Assembly: GCA_963666315.2 (NCBI GenBank)
Contig: CAXXHG010000018.1
Location: 110,936-174,935, forward strand
Length of the DNA: 64,000 nt
Source: Candidatus Binatia bacterium
GTDB lineage: Bacteria; Desulfobacterota; Binatia; Bin18
Direction of reading: 5' to 3'
Part shown: positions 1-10,414 of the stretch, piece after piece
Layout of the letters: every line of letters starts with the position of its first letter
Numbering within the stretch: the stretch's first letter is position 1
Notes under the pieces: generated by a model
The model's database searches: none
What the model was told of the DNA's origin: nothing
What the model saw: only the letters and a program-made list of their open reading frames with translations
Made by a program: the position numbers and the translations under genes

Positions 1-2
1 AC

Positions 3-245
3 GACGATGAGGAGATCCGCGGTATCCGGATCAAACAGGCCAACTTGGTTGGTCCGGCCGGCTATATCTCTATGGAAGACGGCTATGCCACGGAACTGGT
101 CCAGCAAGCTATCCAGCGTGAGCAGAGCGCGTGTTCAGTCCTCGAATTCGGCGGGACGGATAGGGCGGATCAGGAGAATCTTTTAACTGAGGCCGCGGTT
201 CGGGGCTATTGGAATTATTATCACGACGTTATGGGCTTCCATTAA
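3..245 (+). CDS. Aromatic ring-hydroxylating (Rieske) oxygenase alpha subunit, C-terminal part (salicylate 5-hydroxylase/anthranilate-type); 5' end outside window
   Basis: Frame is open from base 3: DDEEIRGIRIKQANLVGPAGYISMEDG...TEAAVRGYWNYY. This resembles the C-terminal motif of NagG/AndAc-type alpha subunits. Confidence 0.8.
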   Translation, partial: DDEEIRGIRIKQANLVGPAGYISMEDGYATELVQQAIQREQSACSVLEFGGTDRADQENLLTEAAVRGYWNYYHDVMGFH

Positions 246-287
246 GTTCCCCAACGCCTTCTCAACGCGTTGTTCACATTCTGTTAT

Positions 288-330
288 AAAAAAAAGAAAG
301 GGGCGGTCTTTTTGGGAACCGCCCCTTTTA
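288..330. terminator. Bidirectional intrinsic terminator
   Basis: AAAGGGGCGGT...ACCGCCCCTTTT hairpin with A/T tracts on both sides, between convergent genes. Confidence 0.8.
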
Positions 331-352
331 TGTGTCGATGTCTCTCAATCAA

Positions 353-1653
353 TTAGGCGGCTGCAACGTCAGGGACGATCTGGTCGCGTTTACCAGATGC
401 CGGCAGCGGCCGCGAGCCTGGCGCCTTTTCAAATGGCCCCGGCAGATCGAACTCTTTGGCCATTTCACGCATGGCGGGCAGCACTTCCGTACCCAGCAAA
501 CGCAAACAGGTTTTGCGTTGCTCAAAAGTCATCGGGCCATGATGGTACCACAGGCCCATGATGCCCGGCCGGAGTGTCTCACACATTTTTCGAATCTTTT
601 TGATAATAGTATCCGGCGTTCCCGCCATAATCAGATCACTATCCAGCGATGCTTGGAAATTCTCGCCGATACTCCGCTTGACTTCCCCAACATCAATGTC
701 TCCTCCTTGCGAGAAGGAGATGATTTCTGTACCTGTGCGCGGATCAGTCAGCGCCTTGGCCAAGCGCTTGGTCGCCGCCTTGGAGTTATAGCCCGGAGGG
801 AACATCCACTCAGCTCGGGCAAACGCACCAAAACCGCCGCCGAATACAAAGCCTCGGGCTAACTCGCGAGCCTTCTCTTCTGTTTCAGCCACACACACAT
901 TCTGCAAGTAGCCAAAGTTCTCTGGTCCGGCCTGATAGCCCTCTTGCTCCGCTGCATCGGCATACAAGTTCACCATCTCGATCGTCGATTCGGGATTGGT
1001 ACCCAGAGCAACATAAGGATAGCGGTGTTTGGCACTCCAGATGACCGTTTCCGGACTAATCAACCCTGGAACCCATTGTTGAGGCACGGGCTTCTGGATC
1101 GGCAACTGCCAGGGATTCACATTCCGGTAATGGTAGTGTTTGCCCTCATACCGCCACGGTCCCTTTCTCGTCCACGCCTGTTGGATAAAGTCATGGGCTT
1201 CGTTGAAGCGCTCCCGGTTATAGGCGGGATTGATGTTATTGGCGAGCTGTTCCGTACCAGCGCCACGCACCCAGCCCGGGACCAGCCGACCACCGGAAAT
1301 CATATCGATGGTGGCCAACTCTTCGGCCAGCCTTAGCGGATCGGCCACTGGGAGTGGATTGCCCAGCAGCACGATCTTCACCCTCTTGGTAATGCGGGCG
1401 AGAATCGCGGCTTCAACATCCATAACCCCACCGCCACAAAACGGCGTCTGGTGGTGCTCGTTCAGCATTCGATGCCGTCGAAGCCTAGCTCTTCTGCATA
1501 GACGCGCTCGTCCAGATACTCATTCAAGAGCTGGCCGCCTCTCTTGGGATCAAACAGTGTATTCGGGAGGCCAAAATAGCTGCTTCCATTTTCGATAATT
1601 GCATCCTCAGAGATATCCACGTATTCGCGTTCCGAGAAAGACATAATATGCAT
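353..1653 (-). pseudogene. LLM-class flavin-dependent oxidoreductase, frameshifted near 1469-1470
   Basis: ORFs 1462-1653 (..AEELGFDGI) and 353-1468 (MLNEHHQ..) join if the 2-nt GA is removed. The paralog at 14039-15376 reads GFDALMLNEHH continuously. Confidence 0.85.
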
Positions 1654-1760
1654 ACAAAGCCCTCCTTCTTCTTTTCTTCACATCAGTGAGTAACTGACTT
1701 GTGCTCGAGATTTACCACGAGCCACTAAACACAGACTTTTTCATACTTGAGGGGCATGTG

Positions 1761-1791
1761 GCAAGAGACAGCAAGAGACAGCAAGAGACAG
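1761..1791. repeat. Short tandem repeat (GCAAGAGACA)x3
   Basis: Seen directly in the intergenic sequence. Confidence 0.8.
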
Positions 1792-1843
1792 ACTGAGAAG
1801 AGGCCTGCTCATTCCAACGCTAGCCTGCGGAGCCGATCATGCT

Positions 1844-2260
1844 TCAGCCCTCAGCCAGCCCACTGCGCAATAATTCCGTATCCAAATATTCCACAACCGA
1901 CCGGACTTTGCCATCCGTAATGCGCCACACCCGGCAATAGGTATTGTTATAGTCTTTGCCGGTCTTAGTCCGAGCTCTCCCATGCGCCTGCTCGGCAACG
2001 TATTCCCCTTCAGCGATTAAGTTCTCGATGGTCATCTCGATCCGGCCTTCTTCCAGTCGTGCACTCAAGGCTCTTTTCAGCCCTTTGAGGAGTACGTCCT
2101 TGCCTTGAATACGTCCGGAGAAACGCGGGACCGTGCCGATCGGTGTAAAGGTGACATCATCGGCCGCATCCGCCAGGAAACCGTCCATATCCCCTCGGCT
2201 CATCGCCGCAATCGCCCGGCGAACTATGTCTTTATTGTGTTCGGTATTTTCGACGGCCAT
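1844..2260 (-). CDS. SnoaL-like / NTF2-family protein
   Basis: NKDIVRR...IAEGEYV...GKDYNNTYC.V.RITDGKV..VVEYLDT pattern; RBS GAGGAG. Confidence 0.85.
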   Translation of the reverse strand: MAVENTEHNKDIVRRAIAAMSRGDMDGFLADAADDVTFTPIGTVPRFSGRIQGKDVLLKGLKRALSARLEEGRIEMTIENLIAEGEYVAEQAHGRARTKTGKDYNNTYCRVWRITDGKVRSVVEYLDTELLRSGLAEG

Positions 2261-2387
2261 ACAGTCTCCTCTCTCACCTATAGAATTTCTTTTCTATTCC
2301 TACACGCAAGGGCTGATTAAGAAAGATGTTCTCCATTGACTTCCATGACGAGCTGGACGAGCTGGACGGGCTGTATGCAAAGGTAGA

Positions 2388-4079
2388 TTACCGGTTAGCC
2401 CGCAACATCTGGCCCGGCAGTGCGCCGGAATGTTCGCCCTGATTGAGCACGATCTGCCCATTCACAATCACATACTGAATCCCCTCAGCGTGCTGAACGA
2501 AGCGCCGCTCCCCACCCGGTAGATCGTTCAGCATGACCTTTTCCCCTGCAGCAACCGTGTGCCGATCAAAGACAACAAAGTCTGCGGCTTTTCCTGTTAC
2601 AATCAGACCTCGATCATTGAGACCAAACAGCCGGGCGGGCTCAGACGTAATACGCTCGACTGCGCGTTCCAGGCTCATGGCTTGGCGTTCACGCACCCAG
2701 GTGCCGAGCAGATAGGTGGGATAGCCGGCATTACACAACATATCGACGTGCGCCCCACCGTCAGACAGACCGATCAACACCCGCGGGTCGGTAATCACTT
2801 CCTCAACCAGATCGAGATCAAAATTCAGCATGGCCAAAGAAAATTCAGTCGCCAAATCGCCGGCCAAAGCCAAATCAAAAAAGGTGTCGAACGGATCTTT
2901 GCCTGTCTGCTGACTGAGTTCGGCAATACTTTTCCCCAGCCAGACCTGATGCTCGGGTTTGCCAACTTTACACACTTCGGTTTGCTGCCACTGGCCGCTG
3001 AACGCTTTCGGCGTGGCGGTGCACGCCGCACGAAATTGCGCGCGGAATAGAGGGTCGGCATAGATCCGCGCCTGTTCCTCGGCAGAGCAGTTGAACAACG
3101 CATGGCACACGTCATACGCGCCTAAAATAAAAGGGGTACGCAGATTAAACTGGAGCTCTGTCGGTTGGCAGCTCGCTTGGGGAATACCGCCGCGTTTAAT
3201 CAACCCATCGGTATTGGCCAGCAACTCGGTGTGCGCCGTAGGCTGGTCGCTACGCGTCTGCACCGACAGCCAGGTGACCGGACGTTGGCTTTCGACCAGC
3301 AGGAAGTCAATCAGCTCAAGGCTTCCGGACGGCAGGATGGATGACCCAGCGCCGCCCAGATTCACCTCAATCGTGCCACTGCCGAGATCGCGCAACACAT
3401 TCGCATAGACGCGCAGCTCGTCCCGACCGGCGAGTCGACACGCCAGCGGACGCCCCTTGAAACCCACATGTTGGGTCGCGACTGTGGTGGAAAAGCCTAA
3501 CGCACCGGCTTGCATGCCCTCTCGTAGGAGCACGGCAATGCGCTGCGTTTCATCCCGAGTGGCTTCCCGCTCTTGGGCGGCCTCGCCTATAACATAGGAC
3601 CGGATAGGCGACAGCGGCATCAAAAAACCAAGATTAATTCCCATGCCCGTCTTGAATGGAGCCGCCATAAAATCGCTAAAGCTCTCCCACTCCCAGGTCA
3701 CGCCTTTGGACAACACCTCGAACGACATGCCCTCAACATTGACCAGATCCCAGGCAAGCGTTTCTCGCTTGTCAGGCAGACAGGGTGCAAGACCCACTCC
3801 ACAATTGCCCATCACCACGCTGGTCACACCGTTCCATGAAGAACAGGAAACCAATGGGTCCCAGCAAATCTGGGCGTCGTAGTGGGTATGTGGATCAATA
3901 AAGCCGGGGGCGACAACCAGATCAGATGCATCGATCACACGTTTGGAACTCGCATTGAGTTTTCGGGTTGGATCGATTTCAACGATGTGGCCATGCGCGA
4001 CAGCAACGTCTGCCAGATATTGGGCTGCGCCTGTGCCGTCCACAACGGTTCCGTTTTTAATGAGCAGATCGTAGGCCAT
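2388..4079 (-). CDS. N-acyl-D-amino-acid deacylase family amidohydrolase
   Basis: YDLLIKNGTVVDGTG, PGFIDPHTHYD, GNCG and SDGGAH motifs. Confidence 0.9.
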   Translation of the reverse strand: MAYDLLIKNGTVVDGTGAAQYLADVAVAHGHIVEIDPTRKLNASSKRVIDASDLVVAPGFIDPHTHYDAQICWDPLVSCSSWNGVTSVVMGNCGVGLAPCLPDKRETLAWDLVNVEGMSFEVLSKGVTWEWESFSDFMAAPFKTGMGINLGFLMPLSPIRSYVIGEAAQEREATRDETQRIAVLLREGMQAGALGFSTTVATQHVGFKGRPLACRLAGRDELRVYANVLRDLGSGTIEVNLGGAGSSILPSGSLELIDFLLVESQRPVTWLSVQTRSDQPTAHTELLANTDGLIKRGGIPQASCQPTELQFNLRTPFILGAYDVCHALFNCSAEEQARIYADPLFRAQFRAACTATPKAFSGQWQQTEVCKVGKPEHQVWLGKSIAELSQQTGKDPFDTFFDLALAGDLATEFSLAMLNFDLDLVEEVITDPRVLIGLSDGGAHVDMLCNAGYPTYLLGTWVRERQAMSLERAVERITSEPARLFGLNDRGLIVTGKAADFVVFDRHTVAAGEKVMLNDLPGGERRFVQHAEGIQYVIVNGQIVLNQGEHSGALPGQMLRANR

Positions 4080-4116
4080 GGATATCCTCTTTTTGCTCTC
4101 GTTTTTTCACCCTCAC

Positions 4117-5592
4117 TTAGGCAGCGCCATTTGCCAGCAACTTGCCGACCGCATCCTCGACCACTGTCCCTTTGAAAAAATCAGGATTTGTCCCCGTCCA
4201 CAACGTCGTCGGATTGGTGAACACAAAGTCCCGAAAGTCATCTTCAGTAATTAGTCCATGTTCGACCATTTCGTACGCTTCTTCCAAGACTTCTTCCATG
4301 TCGGGCACATCCCAGTGGCCGATGTCCGAGCTGAATATGGCCTTGAGCCGCGCACCAAACGGATTCATCTTGGCATTAAACGCGGTAGCATTAATCGGGT
4401 CGTCGGCTTCGCAGCCGAAATAAAAATTCCGGACAAACAAGTCCTTAATATCCTCGGCTTTTTCAATTCCACAGCGCGCCCAGTCATCCAGCGCATTCGG
4501 ATCTTCCCGTGTACCGCCCATCAAGCTTTTTCCACCGGCCAGGTGGTCGAGATGTTCTTCTGCCCATTTACCGCCGTAGCGCTGGTACAGGTCGAGCAAC
4601 TGTTCTTGGTTCAGATTGGCCGGATCGTAGTTGCCCATTTTTTTGATATTGCGCTTCTCCCAGTGACCGATCATGTCCGCGTACAGATTGCACGCCCAGC
4701 CAACGCCGCTTTCTAAGAATCCAAACTTGAGCGTTGGGAATCGACGCGTCACTCCGCTCATAAACATAGCCTTACACAGCGCCTCGCCTGACGCGGCAAA
4801 ATGCCCGATGTGGTTATACATATAGTTTGAGACCGAGGTCCGGCTGCCCCAGCCCATGGCCGGCGAATGGAACGTCGGCGCGATCTTGAGTTCTACACAT
4901 TTTGCCCACACCGGGTCATAGTCATACGCGCTATCCAAGCAGAAGGTATCCAGCCAAAAGGCATGCTGGGCAACTTCCGGAGCCACGCGCTGTACGACGG
5001 GAATCGGCCGCTGCACATGACCGGCCATCATAACAACTTTGAGGCCGAGCTCGTTCACCACAAACTCAAGCTCTTCAATTGCCTCTTGCGGCGTATGCAT
5101 GGGAATAGCGGCAGCCGGAGTCATCTGGCTGGCATACTCCTTAAAATACTCGGCATGAAACGTGTTGAGCGCCCGACACGTTGCCCGGCGGAGTTCGTCA
5201 CTGTCGATATGCGGGAAGAGTAAGCCCAGCGTAGGATACAGGACGGTGAAGTCCAAGCCGATGACCTCCATGCGTTCGGACAAGAGCTGAGGCAAAATGG
5301 CGGTTGCGCGATCCAGCGTATTCTTTGTAGGCAAGGCCCACCACGGTGAACGCGTCACACGCTGATCCAGGCGTTCTTCAGGCGACAGCGAATACCAGCG
5401 AAACATCCGTCCCCAGCCACCGGAGTTGCGCTCGGGTGAGAGGAAACGCTTGACCATAGACTTGCCCCCGACCCGTTCCAGATAGTCGAAGAAGCCAGGC
5501 TCAAACTCAATCATATGTCCGTCCGAATCAATCACAGGATGATCCAGCTTGGCGCGGACTTCAGCGGATTTTGATGGGTATGTTGCTGGCAT
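4117..5592 (-). CDS. Amidohydrolase_2 family protein
   Basis: VIDSDGH, VLYPT, YDPVW, FLESG and SSDIGHWD motifs. Start moved to ATG at 5592 (AAGGAG RBS). Confidence 0.85.
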   Translation of the reverse strand: MPATYPSKSAEVRAKLDHPVIDSDGHMIEFEPGFFDYLERVGGKSMVKRFLSPERNSGGWGRMFRWYSLSPEERLDQRVTRSPWWALPTKNTLDRATAILPQLLSERMEVIGLDFTVLYPTLGLLFPHIDSDELRRATCRALNTFHAEYFKEYASQMTPAAAIPMHTPQEAIEELEFVVNELGLKVVMMAGHVQRPIPVVQRVAPEVAQHAFWLDTFCLDSAYDYDPVWAKCVELKIAPTFHSPAMGWGSRTSVSNYMYNHIGHFAASGEALCKAMFMSGVTRRFPTLKFGFLESGVGWACNLYADMIGHWEKRNIKKMGNYDPANLNQEQLLDLYQRYGGKWAEEHLDHLAGGKSLMGGTREDPNALDDWARCGIEKAEDIKDLFVRNFYFGCEADDPINATAFNAKMNPFGARLKAIFSSDIGHWDVPDMEEVLEEAYEMVEHGLITEDDFRDFVFTNPTTLWTGTNPDFFKGTVVEDAVGKLLANGAA

Positions 5593-5672
5593 GGGGTGCT
5601 CCTTCACTGCCGCCATAGCACTTTGTTGGTGGGTAAAAAAGCCATCTTATCCCGTCTTCTGATTTATCTATC

Positions 5673-5703
5673 GTAGGTCGGATTAGCGGAGCGTAATCCG
5701 ACA
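5673..5703 (+). repeat. GTAG-family REP element
   Basis: GTAGGTCGGATTAGCGGAGCGTAATCCGACA; related copies at 10384, 23389, 44961 (reverse) and 48721. Confidence 0.85.
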
Positions 5704-5893
5704 GAGAATTGGGCGAGCAACCTCGCCCCTCCACCCTCGTTGTCATTATCCTCACCACAACGGCTCGGACGCTAAACACGCGCCCTCGGACATTGCTCGC
5801 AGCTAGGCCCAGGCAATCTTAGGATCAGCCCAATTCAGACCGGCATCTATCAAACTCATAGGGGATACGCACCAGACACGGGCAAACACCCAC

Positions 5894-6847
5894 TTACGCG
5901 ACGCGGTGCAATAATGGCTCCCCAGCTCGTAAACGCCGGCAGTTCTCGAATGCAATCGCACAACTGCGTTCGAGTGTTTCAGGTGTGAGCCACGCAATGT
6001 GGGGTGTGACCACGACATTATCAAGTGTCAGCAGGGGGTTGTCCGTGTGAATGGGCTCGTCCGCGAACACATCCAGGCCGACCGCGCGGAGATGGCCTGA
6101 CTGAAGGGCTGCGATCAGTGCGGGTTCGTCCACCAATCCACCCCGAGCGGTATTGATAAAAACACTGCCCGGCTTCATGCGCGCAAAGGCAGCCGCATCC
6201 ATCAGGCGCGTGGTTTCAGGCGTGAGCGGAACGTGGAGTGAGATAATATCTGAAACACGAAGCAGTTCGTCAAAGGAACACGGCTTCCCCACAACCTGCG
6301 GCTTGGCTCGGCGGGCTGTATAGACCACGGTGGCGCCACAGGCATGCAGAATGGGAGCAAGATGCGCAGCCACCGCGCCATAACCAGCAAGACCAACGAC
6401 CCGACCGTTCAGTTCACCCAGCGTATCCAGCACAGCATGAACCTGCGGTTCGGCCTCCCAGCCCTTTTTCTGTCGCGTTGTCGTATCCCAAAAGGTAACC
6501 CGGCGCAGCGTCGCAAGCATGAGCAGCAGGGTCAGTTCGGCCACTGCCGGTGTGTTGGTTCCCGGCATATTGGCAACGGCAATGCCGCGCTGCCGGGCAG
6601 CGTCTAGGTCGATCGTATTCACCCCAACTCCAATCTTGTGTATGAGCCGGAGCTGTGGGGCGGCCGCTATCACCGCAGCCGTAACTGGCTCCAGCACGTG
6701 CAAGAGGACGTGAGCGTCTTGCATGGCCTCAGTAAAGGTCGCGGTATCGGCTTCATCCACAATGACAATATCGAGCCAGGCGGGCGCGTGCTGTTCCAAC
6801 TGACGCTGGAAACCAGGACTCGCTCGGTATTGGAGGACGGCCTTCAT
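5894..6847 (-). CDS. D-isomer specific 2-hydroxyacid dehydrogenase
   Basis: GxGxxA Rossmann loop (GYGAVA), INTARG, LDVF.DEP and TPHIA catalytic motifs. Confidence 0.92.
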   Translation of the reverse strand: MKAVLQYRASPGFQRQLEQHAPAWLDIVIVDEADTATFTEAMQDAHVLLHVLEPVTAAVIAAAPQLRLIHKIGVGVNTIDLDAARQRGIAVANMPGTNTPAVAELTLLLMLATLRRVTFWDTTTRQKKGWEAEPQVHAVLDTLGELNGRVVGLAGYGAVAAHLAPILHACGATVVYTARRAKPQVVGKPCSFDELLRVSDIISLHVPLTPETTRLMDAAAFARMKPGSVFINTARGGLVDEPALIAALQSGHLRAVGLDVFADEPIHTDNPLLTLDNVVVTPHIAWLTPETLERSCAIAFENCRRLRAGEPLLHRVA

Positions 6848-6859
6848 CTCGTACTTGGG

Positions 6860-8191
6860 TTATATCCGGGTCGGCAGGACGCTCCGACCGGCAAAGCGAG
6901 CCGCGTCTCCGAGCGCTTCTTCAATCCGAATGGTTTCGTTCCATTTGGCCGTGCGCTCAGAGCGGGTGATAGAGCCGACTTTGAGCTGTCCCGCGTCCCA
7001 ACCGATGGCTAGATGCACAATGGTTAGGTCTTCGCTTTCACCCGACCGAGCAGACACAATCGTCCCCCACCCCGCCACTTTTGCAGCATCCAATGCGGCT
7101 TTGGTCTCAGTCATGGTGCCGGCTTGGTTGGGCTTAATGAGGGCGGCGTTACACGCGCCATGTCTCACTGCTTCAGCGATCCGGTCTGCATTGGTGACAA
7201 GATAATCGTCGCCAATAACCTGGATATTTTCTCCCACGGCTGCGGTGAACCGGGCCATACCTGTGTCGTCATCTTCGGCAACCGGATCCTCCATGGACAC
7301 AATCGGGTAGCGGTCGATCCATTCCAGCAACATTTCGATCAAGCCGTCGCTATCCAGACGACGCTGTTCCAGTCCAAGGGTATACCCAGCGGCGGAACCA
7401 AATTCGGATGCAGCAATATCGAGCGAGATGCCAACCTGATCGCCTGGGATATAGCCGGCAGCCTCAATTGCCCGCACCAGCATTTCGAGCGCCTCTTCGT
7501 TTGAGTCGAAAACGGGCCACCAGCCACCCTCATCAGCCACCCCTGCCAGGCGGTCGCTTTTGGCCATGAGTGAACCAGCCGCAGCATAGATCTCAGCAGT
7601 CATGAGTACGGCTTCATCAAAGCTGCGTGCGCCGAGTGCCATCACCATACAATCTTGGATATCAATCCGACGGCCGGCATGCGCGCCGCCGCCAAAAATC
7701 TGGATCTCTGGCAAAGGCAGTCGAACCGGGTTGTCGCCGGCCAGCATGCGCCACACGGGCAGACCCGCAGCCTGGGCCGCCGCGTGGAGCACGGCCATAG
7801 ACACGGCGATGGTCGCGTTGCCACCCAGACGCGCCTTGTTCGGGGTTCCATCCAGCGCAATCAATGTTGCATCAACGCTCGCCTGCTGTGTCGCGTCCAG
7901 GCCATGCAGGCTGTCGGCAATCTCAGTTTGCACAGCCTGGACTGCACGCGATACACCAAACCTGCCGAGCCCGCCGAGCTCTGCTAACAGGCTGTCAGCC
8001 CTGTCTCCGTCACGCAGATCAATCGCTTCGTGACTCCCCCGCGAGGCACCGGCTGGCGCAATGGCGCGGCCGATCGCCCCGCCGGCCAGGGTCACCTCGG
8101 CCTCAACGGTTGGTCGGCCACGCGAGTCCCATACGCGACGGCCGGTGACATGGGTGATGCTTGTTGCGCTCACCGGGTTTCCTTTTGCCAA
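6860..8191 (-). CDS. Divergent enolase-family protein (phosphopyruvate hydratase-like)
   Basis: DSRGRPTVE, LDGTPNKARLGGNA, DEGG, GDD and LIKPNQ are present. It has SARSGE in place of SHRSGE and IQD in place of IQE. Confidence 0.85.
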   Translation of the reverse strand: MAKGNPVSATSITHVTGRRVWDSRGRPTVEAEVTLAGGAIGRAIAPAGASRGSHEAIDLRDGDRADSLLAELGGLGRFGVSRAVQAVQTEIADSLHGLDATQQASVDATLIALDGTPNKARLGGNATIAVSMAVLHAAAQAAGLPVWRMLAGDNPVRLPLPEIQIFGGGAHAGRRIDIQDCMVMALGARSFDEAVLMTAEIYAAAGSLMAKSDRLAGVADEGGWWPVFDSNEEALEMLVRAIEAAGYIPGDQVGISLDIAASEFGSAAGYTLGLEQRRLDSDGLIEMLLEWIDRYPIVSMEDPVAEDDDTGMARFTAAVGENIQVIGDDYLVTNADRIAEAVRHGACNAALIKPNQAGTMTETKAALDAAKVAGWGTIVSARSGESEDLTIVHLAIGWDAGQLKVGSITRSERTAKWNETIRIEEALGDAARFAGRSVLPTRI

Positions 8192-9198
8192 ACGTGGAGT
8201 AGGTCGACCAAGGTCTCGACAGGCTGCTGGAGCAGGCTAATAGCAACGCGCCGGACCTGAGCCCGATCTGCTTCTACACTCAGATATTCAACCGGGGACT
8301 TGCCATCAATACGACCCAAAAGCAGGCCGGGCAACAGATGCGCAACCCGCCGTTCGAACGCAGCCCAGGGCTCCCACCTGACGGCTTGAGCATAGGTCTG
8401 GGTAAAGACTTCGAAACACTGCATATACTGCTCGCTCCACTCAGGTCGCCACACGCATTTCAGCAGCAGATGATTCAGACAAAACGCCACGTCAAAGGCG
8501 GGGTCTCCATACCAAGCACATTCCGCATCGAGCAGCAGCGGCCCCTGGGGTCCAACCAGAATATTTTTGGGACTGACATCGCCGTGTACTAAGGCGCACT
8601 TTGTGGCCGCCGTTCTGTCTGCTAGCAGGCGCAGGCGATCGGCACACTCAGGATGCACCTGAGCGGTTGCCAACAAATAGGGTTCTATGCGTATGGAATA
8701 AAAGATATGGTCGGTCGCGAAACGGTTAGCAACATCGTCGTTATGAGCTGTCCCAGCATGAATCTGGACCAGACAGGCAGCCACGGCTTGTGCCGTCTCC
8801 GGGTGAATCACGCCGTCACGCAGTTGCTCTTTCCAGACTGGATAGGTGTGCGGATCGAGATAGGTCATCGCAAACAGACCCACTTGGGTATCGACCCCCA
8901 CGAGAGAAGGAACGGCCTGGGGAACGATACCGGCGGCCACACGGATCCACTCGACTTCAAAACTGTTGCGCTCGACCGGAGCATACCAGGTTGCGGCCAC
9001 ACGGAGCTGAGGCAGTGCGCGTTTGAGACAGATGGACCCGGTCGCTACATCTACGCGGACGATATCGGACGACACACCGCCGGTGAGCGGTGTGAGTCGT
9101 GGCCTCTCCCCTTCCTCTATCAGACCCATCCGGACTAAGGCTGCATAGAGTTCGTCTAGCTCATCTAGTTCGTTTGGGGATATGGTGCTGGCTCCCAT
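8170..9198 (-). CDS. APH / methylthioribose-kinase-like phosphotransferase
   Basis: GGVSSD loop, LK, HGDVSPKN catalytic loop, LDAE and GDPAFD. Confidence 0.85.
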   Translation of the reverse strand: MGASTISPNELDELDELYAALVRMGLIEEGERPRLTPLTGGVSSDIVRVDVATGSICLKRALPQLRVAATWYAPVERNSFEVEWIRVAAGIVPQAVPSLVGVDTQVGLFAMTYLDPHTYPVWKEQLRDGVIHPETAQAVAACLVQIHAGTAHNDDVANRFATDHIFYSIRIEPYLLATAQVHPECADRLRLLADRTAATKCALVHGDVSPKNILVGPQGPLLLDAECAWYGDPAFDVAFCLNHLLLKCVWRPEWSEQYMQCFEVFTQTYAQAVRWEPWAAFERRVAHLLPGLLLGRIDGKSPVEYLSVEADRAQVRRVAISLLQQPVETLVDLLHVWQKETR

Positions 9199-9211
9199 CG
9201 TCAGTAGAGCG

Positions 9212-10291
9212 CTAATAGGCTTTCATCACGTGCTCAGCAAAGTCTGCAAATACTTTCCGCGCAGACGCCATGGGCGGCAGCAGCGTGATCTCTTGTAGAC
9301 CGGCTTTTTCAGCTTGACGAATCTTGTCAATAATCTCAGCCGGCTCTCCCACCAGGCATGAACCCTGAATCGCCTCAGGGGTGATGAAGCGGCGCTCTTC
9401 CGGGACTAAGAATGTACAGTGGCCGTTATGCACTTGCAGATAACGCTTGTCTGGCGGCGTCTCCATGGCATCTACATAGGCACAATACTCTTCCCAGACC
9501 GGCTTAAAATACTGGGGCACAACTTCTTCGCTCGGTGTTTTGCTATAGATCTCATAGACATAATGGAGAATGCACGACACCATCGAGCCACACTCGTCAA
9601 TGACGCGATCTGAGTTCACGGCCTCCCCAGGCTGAAGCACGACCGAGGTGTTGAACGTCGCCATGCGAAAATCTCCACTCAGGCTACGTCCCGCCTTTTC
9701 AGCACCTTCACGTATCAAAGGCAGATGATAGCTCTCGACCCTGTCCGGTTGCTCGCCAAAAAAGACCAAGCCGTCCCCAAACTCGCCAACGGCTTTGAGC
9801 GCCCGGGGTGCATTGGCCGCAACATAGATGGGAATGGCGTCATCAAGATTAATAAAACCCAGATCAAGATGCAGGAAACGGATGGTCCGCGTTTCCCCGT
9901 CTCGGGTATAATCGACTTCCTCTCCGTTCAGGAGCGTTTTGATAACACGCAAATATTCCCGAAAGTCTCGAATTTTCATCGGATCCATGCCCATGACCCG
10001 CATGGCAGTATGGCCGGTGCCAATGCCGAGAAAGACCCGTCCGGGGGCAATGCGGTTAATCGACGCAATGGAATGGGCGGTGACCGGCGCAATTCGAGTA
10101 CCGGGGATGGCCACACCTGTCCCGAGCCGAATGCGCGACGTGTTGTGGGCGGCCAGGGCGAGTGTGGCATAACAGTCCGACCAGATCATCTGCGAGTCGG
10201 GTATCCAGGCGCGGTCATAGCCGAGGTCTTCGGCCTCTTTGATCAACTGCCAATCATCAATTTTGGTGGCAACACAGATACCAAATTCCAT
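9212..10291 (-). CDS. LLM-class flavin/F420-dependent oxidoreductase
   Basis: AEDLGYDRAWIPDSQ, TSRIRLGTGV and GRVFLGIGTG; close paralog of 23479-24558. Confidence 0.9.
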   Translation of the reverse strand: MEFGICVATKIDDWQLIKEAEDLGYDRAWIPDSQMIWSDCYATLALAAHNTSRIRLGTGVAIPGTRIAPVTAHSIASINRIAPGRVFLGIGTGHTAMRVMGMDPMKIRDFREYLRVIKTLLNGEEVDYTRDGETRTIRFLHLDLGFINLDDAIPIYVAANAPRALKAVGEFGDGLVFFGEQPDRVESYHLPLIREGAEKAGRSLSGDFRMATFNTSVVLQPGEAVNSDRVIDECGSMVSCILHYVYEIYSKTPSEEVVPQYFKPVWEEYCAYVDAMETPPDKRYLQVHNGHCTFLVPEERRFITPEAIQGSCLVGEPAEIIDKIRQAEKAGLQEITLLPPMASARKVFADFAEHVMKAY

Positions 10292-10383
10292 CTCATTCTC
10301 CTTTCACAGGTTCGGCGTTTACTACCCTGCCGCCATAGCACTTTGGCGATAGGTAAAAAAGGCTGCTTATTCCGGCATCTATC

Positions 10384-10414
10384 GTAGGTCGGGTTAGCGT
10401 AGCGTAACCCAACA
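10384..10414 (+). repeat. GTAG-family REP element
   Basis: GTAGGTCGGGTTAGCGTAGCGTAACCCAACA. Confidence 0.85.

Noticed and set aside
6860-8191. Assigning the symbol eno
   Set aside because: Active-site substitutions and the operon context argue against the housekeeping glycolytic enolase.
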